Assembly: GCA_046861395.1 (NCBI GenBank)
Contig: JBHHUC010000003.1
Coordinates: forward strand, 6,381 to 70,380
Origin: Fidelibacterota bacterium
GTDB taxonomy: Bacteria; Fidelibacterota; Marinisomatia; Marinisomatales; JABMOV01
Reading direction: 5' to 3'
Length of the DNA: 64,000 bases
In this document: positions 10,619 to 19,877 of the stretch, piece after piece
How the letters are laid out: the number at the start of each line of letters is the position of its first letter
Position numbering within the stretch: the stretch's first letter is position 1
Notes under the pieces: generated by a model
What the model was told of the DNA's origin: nothing
The model's database searches: none
The model's input: the letters and a program-made list of their open reading frames with translations, nothing else
Translations under genes and position numbers: made by a program

Positions 10619-11866
10619 ATGCAGCAAAAACGAGTCGTCATAACAGGGCTCGGTGCCTTGGCACCAAACGGGAATGATGTTGCTTCTTTCTGGGCAGCAC
10701 TCATTGCCGGTAAAAGCGGTATCGGACCTATTTCTTCTTATGATACCGAGGGTCATATGGTAACCATTGCCGGTGAATTATCCGGCTTTGATCCGGAAGA
10801 TTATCTTTCACGGCAGGAAGTTCGTAAACTGGATCGCTTCTCCATCCTGGCACTGATAGCGGCAGAACAGGCCGTGAAACATTCCGGGATCATGAGCAAT
10901 TCCATTGATCCGGACCGGGTAGGCGTCATGCTGGGTACAGGTGTGGGGGGTATTCAAACACTGGAAGATCAGCATTCAGTATTCATGAATCGCGGTCCTA
11001 AGCGAATATCCCCGCAGTTTGTACCGAAAATGATTGCCAATATCGCCGCTGGACATATTTCCATCCGCTTTGGCTTCCAGGGCCCCAACCAGACGATTAC
11101 ATCAGCTTGTTCATCTGCCACGGATGCCATTGGTATTGCCTCGCGGATTATTCGCTACGGTGATGCCGATATCATGATCACCGGTGGATCGGAAGCCAGT
11201 GTTACCCCCCTGACTATAGCAGGATTCGCCAATATGCGTGCTTTGTCCCGCAATAATGACCATCCAACGAGAGCGAGTCGACCATTTGAAAAGAATCGCG
11301 ATGGTTTTGTACTGGGTGAAGGTGCCGGTGTTATTGTCCTTGAATCCTTGGATCATGCCCGCCGGCGGGGAGCAGTAATCCTGGCGGAATTGGCCGGTTA
11401 TGGTGCTACCGATGATGCCTTCCATGTTACGCAACCAGCCTCCGGCGGAGCTGGTGCCGTCAAGGCGATGCGACGGGCGGTTGAGGACGCCGGGCTAAAC
11501 CTAACTGATATCGATTATATCAATGCCCACGGTACGTCCACTCCCTATAACGACCGCAACGAAACAGCCGCGATTAAGACCTTATTTGAGGATCACGCCG
11601 CTACGGTTAAAATCAGTTCTACCAAATCCATGACAGGGCATTTACTTGGAGCAGCTGGCGGTATTGAAGCCATTGCTGCGGTCAAGGCATTGCAGGAACA
11701 AATCCTGCCCCCAACTATCAATTATGATGAGCCGGATCCGGAATGTGATTTGGATTATACACCGAATACAGCTCAAAAGGCGTCCCTGAATACGGTTCTT
11801 TCCAATACATTTGGTTTCGGAGGACATAACGGCGTAATCTGTCTCAGGAGATGGGTGGAAGATTGA
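10619..11866 (+). CDS. fabF: beta-ketoacyl-ACP synthase II
   Basis: MQQKRVVITGLG start. Active-site SACSS, HGTSTP and GHLLGAAG motifs. The supplied ORF starts at 10598 inside acpP; the ATG at 10619 is the more plausible start. Confidence 0.93.
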   Translation: MQQKRVVITGLGALAPNGNDVASFWAALIAGKSGIGPISSYDTEGHMVTIAGELSGFDPEDYLSRQEVRKLDRFSILALIAAEQAVKHSGIMSNSIDPDRVGVMLGTGVGGIQTLEDQHSVFMNRGPKRISPQFVPKMIANIAAGHISIRFGFQGPNQTITSACSSATDAIGIASRIIRYGDADIMITGGSEASVTPLTIAGFANMRALSRNNDHPTRASRPFEKNRDGFVLGEGAGVIVLESLDHARRRGAVILAELAGYGATDDAFHVTQPASGGAGAVKAMRRAVEDAGLNLTDIDYINAHGTSTPYNDRNETAAIKTLFEDHAATVKISSTKSMTGHLLGAAGGIEAIAAVKALQEQILPPTINYDEPDPECDLDYTPNTAQKASLNTVLSNTFGFGGHNGVICLRRWVED

Positions 11867-12582
11867 GTAAGCTGGGGTTCTTCCTCGGGAAAATATTTCC
11901 AGCCAGGCATCGCTTTAAAACTCTGGAATCAAATATTGGCTATCGTTTTAAAAATGTCAATTACCTGACTCAGGCGTTTACCCACCGTTCCATCGACCCC
12001 GAACCACGAAAAAATTACGAACGCCTGGAATTCCTGGGTGATGCTGTCATTGATATCATTATCAGCCGTGCTTTAATGCGCGAATATCCGGTCGGGGATG
12101 AAGGTCTGTTAACGCAGAAACGGGCGGCTCTGGTCCAGAAATCCTTCCTGGCCAACATGGGGAACCTGATCAATATTCTGGATTATCTAATTATCGATCC
12201 TACCGTTAATATGAGCGTAGAAAAAATTGCCGACCGCCAAAGTGCCAACTGCATGGAAGCTCTGGTGGGTGCCATGTACTTGGACGGCGGCATCCGTCCC
12301 TGTCGAAAATTTGTGCTCGATACTATATGGCGTCATCGCTCCGAAGCCTGGAAATCTACAAATTACAAGGGCCGGTTAATTGAATTCTGCCATTCCCAGT
12401 CTATTGCCAATCCCCGCTTTATTGTATCCAATGTCAGCGGACCGGAACATCAGAAAATGTTTGAAGTATTAGTGAAAATCGGATCCGACTCCTACCAGCC
12501 CGGAATCGGAAGCAATAAAAAAGCGGCCGAACAAGCCGCCGCCCAAAACGCCCTCGATTCCCTGCAGAGACAGTATTCCTGA
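11851..12582 (+). CDS. rnc: ribonuclease III
   Basis: ERLEFLGDAV signature plus a C-terminal dsRBD (GSNKKAAEQAAAQNAL). Start uncertain: ATG at 11851 or in-frame TTG at 11863. Confidence 0.9.
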   Translation: MGGRLSKLGFFLGKIFPARHRFKTLESNIGYRFKNVNYLTQAFTHRSIDPEPRKNYERLEFLGDAVIDIIISRALMREYPVGDEGLLTQKRAALVQKSFLANMGNLINILDYLIIDPTVNMSVEKIADRQSANCMEALVGAMYLDGGIRPCRKFVLDTIWRHRSEAWKSTNYKGRLIEFCHSQSIANPRFIVSNVSGPEHQKMFEVLVKIGSDSYQPGIGSNKKAAEQAAAQNALDSLQRQYS

Positions 12583-12586
12583 CTGA

Positions 12587-13159
12587 TCAGGAAAGGTTCA
12601 ATGCTCTGATTTTATCCCGCAAAATGGCCGCCTTCTCATAATTTTCATTCGCAATGGCTTGGGCCATTTCCGCCTGGAGCGTTTCCAATGAAATTTTCTT
12701 AGAATCTTCTTCCGAACCGGGGATCGTGCTCTGACGTTTCCTTTCAATAAAGCCGGCCTCTTCCATCACATGACGCTGTATGAAAATCGGCGATTTCATT
12801 CTCAGTGCCACAGCGATACAATCACTTGGACGAGCGTCGATATTGGCCTGTAATTTCGTTTCCTGGTTTTCCAGAATCAAACGGCTATAAAACACACCTT
12901 CAATCAGATCCGATACCTGCACTGCAACCAGATTATACTGTAAATCGGATATTATTTTTGTCATGAGATCATGTGTTGTGGGACGTTCCGTGGAAGCACC
13001 CTCCAGTGCCATGGCAATCGATTGAGCCTCAAACGGTCCCACCATCACCGGCATGATTCGGTCTGAGTCCACAGCCTTGAGAATCACAGCATAGGAACCA
13101 GAATCAGGGTGAAATCTTAATCGATCTACTTTAACGGGAATAAGGATATCCATCATCAA
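12587..13159 (-). CDS. bifunctional nuclease (BFN/DUF151) with C-terminal UVR motif
   Basis: 190 aa. Motifs RPTTHDL and IDARPSDCIAVALR. C-terminal ENYEKAAILRDKIRAL is a UvrB/C-type helix. Confidence 0.75.
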   Translation of the reverse strand: MMMDILIPVKVDRLRFHPDSGSYAVILKAVDSDRIMPVMVGPFEAQSIAMALEGASTERPTTHDLMTKIISDLQYNLVAVQVSDLIEGVFYSRLILENQETKLQANIDARPSDCIAVALRMKSPIFIQRHVMEEAGFIERKRQSTIPGSEEDSKKISLETLQAEMAQAIANENYEKAAILRDKIRALNLS

Positions 13160-14202
13160 TTTTCTTGCGCTAGTCTCTCTTTTAACATGGAAATTTTATG
13201 AACGGGCGTGGGATCGGTTCCATGTAAAACGGCACACCAGTAACTCAGCCAATCGGAAAGATGAATTAATTCCAGGAACCGGGTGAAATATGTGGTGGCC
13301 GTTCCGGAAAGATGGTATTGATTCTCCGGTAATCCGGTCAATACTTCCTCCGTAATCATTTGTCGCAGCGTTACATGCTCATGATCGGCTTCATCCTGCA
13401 GCCAGATGAGAGAAATCTTCTTTAGAATTGCAGTATTATTTTCCCACCCGACAATTTCATTATGGTTTAATTCGGGAAGTTCGTTATAAAAGGCCAACAT
13501 TTTACTGTTTTCAGCCAGCTGCCCTTTTAACCGATTGGCTACGACGGCCAGTGAATTGGTTTGAGCATAGATGACCGGGAGTGTCTGATACATATTTCGA
13601 GCCATGGTAAAAATGGAATTTTCCTCACTGGCCAGCGAAAATTCTCCGCGCACCCGACTCAGGAAATCAATCGTTTCCTGCAAGTTGGATAGGAAGGGTT
13701 TATCGAACAGTTCAAAAGTGTCCAGTAAAAATAAGGTGGGTATGAATGAATACGCCAGTGCAGCCCGGGGTTGCAATCCGGCAGGAATCGTGACTTTATC
13801 CAAACCATGTTCCGTTAATACCCCCCCCAGTTTGCCACCGGTAGTTACACCGCAGATTTGGGCATTTTTTTCAAGGGCATCAGTAAAAGCGCTCAGCGTT
13901 TCTTCCGTATTTCCCGAATATGAGGAACAGATGACCAGTGTATTTTCATTCACCCAGGACGGTAATTCATAATGCCGCGAAACGACAATGGGGCATTTCA
14001 GATGTCGCTCCATGAGACCCCGTATCACATCACCCCCAATGGCGGAACCTCCCATTCCAGCAATGACCACATTATTAACGGGTGAATAATCCCGCTTAAG
14101 CACAATGGACTGCCCAATGTCTAGCGCTTCCTTCATGTGATCGGGAAAGTGATAGATGGCGGCAAACATGTTTCCTGGATCATTCTTATCAACGGTCATC
14201 AT
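13156..14202 (-). CDS. bifunctional phosphoglucose/phosphomannose isomerase (SIS domain)
   Basis: 348 aa with GMGGSAIGGD and CSSYSGNTEET SIS-type motifs. Has 4-nt and 1-nt overlaps with its neighbours, so it is operonic. Confidence 0.75.
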   Translation of the reverse strand: MMTVDKNDPGNMFAAIYHFPDHMKEALDIGQSIVLKRDYSPVNNVVIAGMGGSAIGGDVIRGLMERHLKCPIVVSRHYELPSWVNENTLVICSSYSGNTEETLSAFTDALEKNAQICGVTTGGKLGGVLTEHGLDKVTIPAGLQPRAALAYSFIPTLFLLDTFELFDKPFLSNLQETIDFLSRVRGEFSLASEENSIFTMARNMYQTLPVIYAQTNSLAVVANRLKGQLAENSKMLAFYNELPELNHNEIVGWENNTAILKKISLIWLQDEADHEHVTLRQMITEEVLTGLPENQYHLSGTATTYFTRFLELIHLSDWLSYWCAVLHGTDPTPVHKISMLKERLAQEN

Positions 14203-15275
14203 TATTTCTTTCTCTTTAAAACCATTTCGGTAAAATCATATAAATTTCGGCTTCCGGCTGCGATTCGGTCCAGTTCCTGATAAGCTTTATCAATGTAATC
14301 CCTGGCCAGATTCTCTGCTGTGGTCAGAATATCCCGTTCCTTGATAAAGGAATTCATTTTTCTTACCCGATCCACAACCGGCAGAGATTTCCAATCCAAC
14401 CATAGTCGATCCCATTCCGAAGGGAATAAATCGCGCGCCATAATGGTAAGAACGGTTTGCTTTCCTGCTTCCACATCACTCCCCAGACTCTTGCCCATAA
14501 TTCCTGCATCTGACACGATTTCCAGGATGTCATCCTGAATCTGAAACGCAATACCAAGATTCAACCCGAAGGAACGCAGGCAGGCCAGGACAGATGGTTC
14601 CTGATTCCCCAGGATCCCGCCCAGTTCGGCACACAGCCCGATCAACCAACCGGTCTTTTTCTCAATCATGAGAATATAATCATTCAGAGTTATACCTGAT
14701 TTATTCTCAAATTCCTTGTCATAGGCCTGACCTTCACAAACAATGAGGGTGGCTTTATTGAAAGCACGTACTGCCGCCAGAGGATTGGTTTTTACACGGC
14801 TCATGATCAATTGGGCTAATGCATAGATCCCATCACCGGCCAGAATGGCAGTAGATTCGTCCCAGTGGATGTGAACCGTTTCCTGACCATGTCGCAATGT
14901 ATCGGCATCCATGATATCATCGTGAACCAGAGTAAAGTTATGCAGCAGTTCCACTGCCAGGCCGGCATGTAAGGTATCGGTCTCGTCCGCTGCGAATTCC
15001 GCTCCTGTCAACATCACGAGAATTGGTCGCAACCGCTTTCCCTCTCCTTTAGTGACGTATCGCACCGGATCGTATAAATATTTGGGTTGCTCCGGAATAT
15101 CCAGGTCAAACAAAACCTGATTCACATCGCTACGAAGTTGATCTACATGCTGATGAAAGGTTGACTTAATGACCGGCCTCCAGGGTAAATTCGCCAAATT
15201 CTGCCAATTTTCCCAGAACCAGCGACTTGTATTCTTCCATTTTTTCCGGTGATGTTGCTTCGAAACGACATACAA
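14202..15275 (-). CDS. polyprenyl diphosphate synthase (trans-isoprenyl, GGPP/long-chain type)
   Basis: GKRLRP motif, first Asp-rich motif LVHDDIMD and second QIQDDILE. The start is uncertain: the ATG at 15275 overlaps the upstream gene by 110 nt. The in-frame GTG at 15125 is an alternative. Confidence 0.85.
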   Translation of the reverse strand: MYVVSKQHHRKKWKNTSRWFWENWQNLANLPWRPVIKSTFHQHVDQLRSDVNQVLFDLDIPEQPKYLYDPVRYVTKGEGKRLRPILVMLTGAEFAADETDTLHAGLAVELLHNFTLVHDDIMDADTLRHGQETVHIHWDESTAILAGDGIYALAQLIMSRVKTNPLAAVRAFNKATLIVCEGQAYDKEFENKSGITLNDYILMIEKKTGWLIGLCAELGGILGNQEPSVLACLRSFGLNLGIAFQIQDDILEIVSDAGIMGKSLGSDVEAGKQTVLTIMARDLFPSEWDRLWLDWKSLPVVDRVRKMNSFIKERDILTTAENLARDYIDKAYQELDRIAAGSRNLYDFTEMVLKRKK

Positions 15276-16536
15276 TGACAGGCTGGGTATTGGAAGATCG
15301 CACCAGCCCCCATCCTTCCGGGAAATTAATTCTCACCCCGTCTACGGTACTGCAATCATAATTGGCGGTGAAATAGGCAACTGCTTTTTCGGTCATCTGG
15401 AATTTCACTTCATCATCTTTGGTTGCCATCCGCATTTCTGGAGTTGAATAGTAGGTGGGAATTTCCGCTTTCAACTGAGACAGGGATTTGCTTGAGTGTG
15501 ATAACAATTCTACCAGTCGGGCGGCAACGTAGGTCGCATCGTCATACCCGAAATAATCATCGGCAAAAAAGATATGTCCGCTCATTTCGCCACCCAGTTT
15601 GCATTGGACTTCTGCCATTTTCTGTTTAATCAGAGAATGTCCCGTTTTCCACATAATCGGTTTACCATGCAAACGATTAATGACATCTTCCAATGCTTTG
15701 GAACATTTTACATCGAACAGAACTTCATCTCCCGGTTCGATGACATGAGGCAGAAAGATAGCCATCAATTGATCGGCCCATACAATATCTCCAGTTTCAT
15801 CCACCACGCCTATACGGTCCGCATCTCCGTCAAAGGCTATGCCCACTTCATAATCACCGCCTTGCATTAATTGAATAAGATCCTTCAGGTTTTCCTTCAC
15901 CGTCGGGTCCGGGTGATGATTGGGGAAACGGCCATCGACATTACAATATATTTCGGTTAAATCCGCGCCTAAGGCGGTAAAGATTTCCGGAGCATTTATT
16001 GCCCCGGCGGCATTGCCGCAATCCATCACAACCTTGACAGGACGTTCCAAGTGAATTTTCCTTTTCATCATCGTCAGATAATCAGGTTTAAGATCATAGC
16101 TTGCTTCCGATCCTTCACCTGTCTCAAAATCATTTTCTTCAATGATTTTACGGATGGACTGGATCATGTCACCGAACACAGCCTTTTTATCCAACGAAAG
16201 TTTGAATCCATTAAATTCCGGCGGATTGTGGCTTCCCGTAATCTGAACGGCTCCCCCCACATCCAATTTAAACATGCTGTAATAATTTACGGGCGTTGGC
16301 AGAATACCGATATTTATTACATCCAAACCGGTACTCACGGCACCAGCTTTGAAATCGTTTAGAAGCCGTTCGGTTGACAACCTAACATCACCACTCAGTG
16401 CGATTTCTTTCGCTCCGTGACGCAAAGCATAGGTTCCGAACCCTTTCCCTAATAACGTTACCACTTCCGAGGGAAAATCTTCATCGACTTTTCCCCGAAT
16501 ATCATATTCACGAAAAATAAACGGATTTATGTTCAC
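15166..16536 (-). CDS. phosphomannomutase/phosphoglucomutase
   Basis: Motifs FREYDIRG, the phosphoserine loop TGSHNPPEFNG, FDGDADR and GEMSGH. The GTG at 16536 with an AGAGG RBS gives MNINPFIFREYDIRG. The longest ORF starts at the ATG at 16599. Confidence 0.88.
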   Translation of the reverse strand: MNINPFIFREYDIRGKVDEDFPSEVVTLLGKGFGTYALRHGAKEIALSGDVRLSTERLLNDFKAGAVSTGLDVINIGILPTPVNYYSMFKLDVGGAVQITGSHNPPEFNGFKLSLDKKAVFGDMIQSIRKIIEENDFETGEGSEASYDLKPDYLTMMKRKIHLERPVKVVMDCGNAAGAINAPEIFTALGADLTEIYCNVDGRFPNHHPDPTVKENLKDLIQLMQGGDYEVGIAFDGDADRIGVVDETGDIVWADQLMAIFLPHVIEPGDEVLFDVKCSKALEDVINRLHGKPIMWKTGHSLIKQKMAEVQCKLGGEMSGHIFFADDYFGYDDATYVAARLVELLSHSSKSLSQLKAEIPTYYSTPEMRMATKDDEVKFQMTEKAVAYFTANYDCSTVDGVRINFPEGWGLVRSSNTQPVIVCRFEATSPEKMEEYKSLVLGKLAEFGEFTLEAGH

Positions 16537-16668
16537 ATTTACCTCTATTCTATTGATAAAACTGCTGGTAAAATTACTCAGGACTATGGGGAATCGCATG
16601 TGTTAATGGCTGGTATTTTCACGTAAATATAGTTGTGTTTAACGGAGTGATACGGAATAATTTTTATT

Positions 16669-17775
16669 ATGCAAAATCATTCCAGAATATTCTTTAGTCT
16701 GGTGCTAATTCCCTCTGTGGTAATGCTGGGTCAGCTAAGGTTAACCGTAAGCGAAACAATGCCTCTTCCAGGCGAAGGTCATCATATCTGGAGGGACAGC
16801 ACCGTCATCTCATGGTCTTCTCGCCAAGTATTTTTAGAGAATACCTCATTTTATTCTACGGAAAATTCAATCCGTTCGGTTGTTCCCCTGCCGATAGGAC
16901 AAGTTGGTATCGTGGAGGAAACATCACAGGATTACCTTTTACGTATTGTTGATCAACATGGAACGCCAGTTTTTACAACGACACTGGACGTTGCCGAAGA
17001 TTATGGATTTCCCCGGATTGCCACCCTTCCCGATGGCACCCCGCTGCTGCTGAATGCGGTGGAACAGAAAATCGGGATTGGCGGGACATCCCCTTCCCTG
17101 CAGTGGTTCCCCCTGAGAACCGAGGACCGGGATCATGAAAAACAATTACTGACCACTTCTTTTGAAAATGATCAATTTTTTCTGGGCATGCCTCAGGCCG
17201 CACCGGGTAACCGCCTTTCCGTTCTCTATACTTTAAAGCATCATTCTCGTCCCGTAGCAATGGATAGTATATCGCTCTCTTTGCCGTATTTTTTCTTCCC
17301 TTTTCTCGATCAACTGGCCATAATCGGTTCTGATTTTTCTAATGATTACAGCCCGGAGAATCGACTTATCCTGTATAATCCGAAAGCCAGAATGATTTCA
17401 GCCGAAGTTCCCCTGCCAACCATACCAGGGGATTTCCGGGTTAAAGATCAGAAATTATATTTAATCTACAATGATCGGTTGGAAATTCTGAACCACCGGG
17501 GTCAAATCCTGACCACGTATACCTTTCCTGCACTAGTCCCAGTGGATGTTGCAATAAACGATGAATCCATTTTTATCATTGGCGGTCGTCACCCGGATTA
17601 TATCGCCGGCCAGGTGGTTTACGATACGGCCCATCTCCTGCGCATCAGCAATCAGATTGATGAATATTTCATTCAAACAGACGGTCGAATAAGCGGCGGC
17701 AGAATCAACCGGCCCGGAAAGACCATTATCTTGTTAGCCAACCAACGCCTGTTACAGATTCTCATTCCTGATTGA
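16669..17775 (+). CDS. secreted hypothetical protein (first gene of the cell-wall operon)
   Basis: 368 aa with an N-terminal hydrophobic signal-like segment. No recognisable motif. Its stop overlaps the start of the M23 gene. Confidence 0.55.
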   Translation: MQNHSRIFFSLVLIPSVVMLGQLRLTVSETMPLPGEGHHIWRDSTVISWSSRQVFLENTSFYSTENSIRSVVPLPIGQVGIVEETSQDYLLRIVDQHGTPVFTTTLDVAEDYGFPRIATLPDGTPLLLNAVEQKIGIGGTSPSLQWFPLRTEDRDHEKQLLTTSFENDQFFLGMPQAAPGNRLSVLYTLKHHSRPVAMDSISLSLPYFFFPFLDQLAIIGSDFSNDYSPENRLILYNPKARMISAEVPLPTIPGDFRVKDQKLYLIYNDRLEILNHRGQILTTYTFPALVPVDVAINDESIFIIGGRHPDYIAGQVVYDTAHLLRISNQIDEYFIQTDGRISGGRINRPGKTIILLANQRLLQILIPD

Positions 17776-19877
17776 TGAAAAAGCATTTATTCCCCTTAAT
17801 CATCCTTGGTGCTGTCTTAACAGGGCAGGACTATCCCTGGCCTTGCACCCCGGTAGATCAGCAGCATTGGATAAACGGTACGTTTTGCGAATGTCGCGAA
17901 GGAAGTTCCGGCGACCGGGATCATTTTCATGACGGTGTGGATATTGACCTCTATCAGGGAAATCCAGTTTATTCCGTTATCAATGGGACTGTAACCAGCA
18001 TCGGTTCGCAATCGACCTACGGTATTAACGCCTGGATTCGAGTAGGACGCTATGCCTATGTCCATGTGAATCACAATCCTGCATTGAGTGTCGGTTCGTC
18101 AGTTGTGGCCGGTGAGACGGTCATCGGCTGGACCAACACTTGGAACCATATTCATTTTAAGGACGGCTATCCCGGAAATGAAATCAATGCCCTGCGGTTG
18201 AATGGCGGTCTCACACCACATGAGGATACTTATGCTCCGACTGTGGCCAATATCGGTTTCTACATTGATGGTACCGACATCCCCTTTCAGGATAACCGGG
18301 TCTACGGCGCAATTGATATTGTCAGCCGGGCCTACGACCGAACCGATTCAGGCCCCTTAGGAAATAATAATGGTATTTATAAGATTGGTTATGATATTCT
18401 GGATTCCACCGGAAATCTTGTCCATGGACCGGTAATTCCATACGAATTTGCCACCATTCCCGCCTCTGACGGATATATCACAAATGTCTATGCCCTGGGA
18501 TCAAATACCAGTAATTATCGATACATTGTGACCAATAATGTCAGTTCCAATCAATCGTTGAATGTAACCAATTGGCCTTTGGGCCACTACACGGCCCGCG
18601 TTTTTACCTGGGATCAGTATTTACACGGTGACACGCTGATTCAACCCTTCCAAATCGTTACACCGGATGACACACCGCCAGCCGCCCCGGAGCTCCTGGC
18701 CCTCATCAAAGAAAGCAATGGTTTCCGATTGATCTGGCAACCTAATACCGAAGCTGATTTACTGGGCTATCGGTTATATTTTAGTTATGATAATCAGCAA
18801 TGGTTCAACAATATAAACGAAACTCAGTTGGATGGTACTTCCAGTGAATTCATCACAACATCCTTCAGTAATGAATTAATCTATCTTCGGCTGACAGCCG
18901 TTGATAACGGACCTTTTCACAATGAGAGTGATTTTTCCTCCACTTTTGTCTTTCGAAAATCCGCCCCGGATAAAACCATCTTATTCATCGATGCCAGCCA
19001 TCGGCAAAACGATCAATCCATTCCCAGCCTGGCACAAGCCATGGATCCATACTCAAATTTTGGTTTTGAAACTGTCACCGGTGAATTTCTGGCTTCCGAC
19101 AGTCTAGACTTATCGACCAGACCGGTGTCGTGGCTCTCACTGGGAACGTCCCGAAATACGATTGAAAGTCATCTGATCACCTGGTTCGGCGCACAAAATA
19201 TACCCGGAAATATTCCTGTTCTGTCGGGATCATATTCTACTCTGGCTCTGGCTGGAAATCCTGAGGGCGCCGCTTTGCTCACCGGGTTCGGTCTAGACAG
19301 CATCCGGGTAATCACCCCTTCACCAACTATTTCCGTAACAGCCGGCGGATTTCTGTCCTCACTGGGGACCTTTTCCTTTACCAGCGGGAATGATTCCTTA
19401 ATCGTCGGTTTCCACAACCCAACGGTAAGTCCTTTACTCGTTCTGGATACGGGAGAATCCCTGGGCTGGCTGTATGAGGAGTTGGGTCCCGGCGTGTTAT
19501 TGGGATTTTCTCCTCAGGATCTCCCCAATTTCCCGCAATTCGCCGAAATAATGCTAAATTACCTTTTCCCCGGCTGGGTGAGCAATGACCCCGTCCCAAG
19601 CTTACCCCAGTATTTTTCTGTTTCTGCCTATCCCAATCCGTTTAATTATTCCCTGTCGCTTACCGTCCGGGGAGAGGCGGGAGTTTATCATCTTACCGGC
19701 TGGGACATCCGCGGCACTCGCATTCTGGGAAAAACGGTTGTTCTCCCTGAATCCGGATCTAGAACCATTCAACTTCGTTCGGAATTTTCCCGCCTATCTT
19801 CAGGCCTTTATTTCCTCCAGGTCGTTTCGGAAAAGTTTACCTCATCACAGATAACGAAAGTGTTATTGGTCAAATGA
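17772..19877 (+). CDS. M23-family metallopeptidase with T9SS C-terminal sorting domain
   Basis: Signal peptide. HFHDGVDID (HxxxD) and WNHIHF (HxH) motifs of LytM/M23 peptidases. FN3-like middle region. Tail YPNPFNYSLSL...SGLYFLQV...KVLLVK is a T9SS type-A-like CTD. Confidence 0.75.
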   Translation: MMKKHLFPLIILGAVLTGQDYPWPCTPVDQQHWINGTFCECREGSSGDRDHFHDGVDIDLYQGNPVYSVINGTVTSIGSQSTYGINAWIRVGRYAYVHVNHNPALSVGSSVVAGETVIGWTNTWNHIHFKDGYPGNEINALRLNGGLTPHEDTYAPTVANIGFYIDGTDIPFQDNRVYGAIDIVSRAYDRTDSGPLGNNNGIYKIGYDILDSTGNLVHGPVIPYEFATIPASDGYITNVYALGSNTSNYRYIVTNNVSSNQSLNVTNWPLGHYTARVFTWDQYLHGDTLIQPFQIVTPDDTPPAAPELLALIKESNGFRLIWQPNTEADLLGYRLYFSYDNQQWFNNINETQLDGTSSEFITTSFSNELIYLRLTAVDNGPFHNESDFSSTFVFRKSAPDKTILFIDASHRQNDQSIPSLAQAMDPYSNFGFETVTGEFLASDSLDLSTRPVSWLSLGTSRNTIESHLITWFGAQNIPGNIPVLSGSYSTLALAGNPEGAALLTGFGLDSIRVITPSPTISVTAGGFLSSLGTFSFTSGNDSLIVGFHNPTVSPLLVLDTGESLGWLYEELGPGVLLGFSPQDLPNFPQFAEIMLNYLFPGWVSNDPVPSLPQYFSVSAYPNPFNYSLSLTVRGEAGVYHLTGWDIRGTRILGKTVVLPESGSRTIQLRSEFSRLSSGLYFLQVVSEKFTSSQITKVLLVK

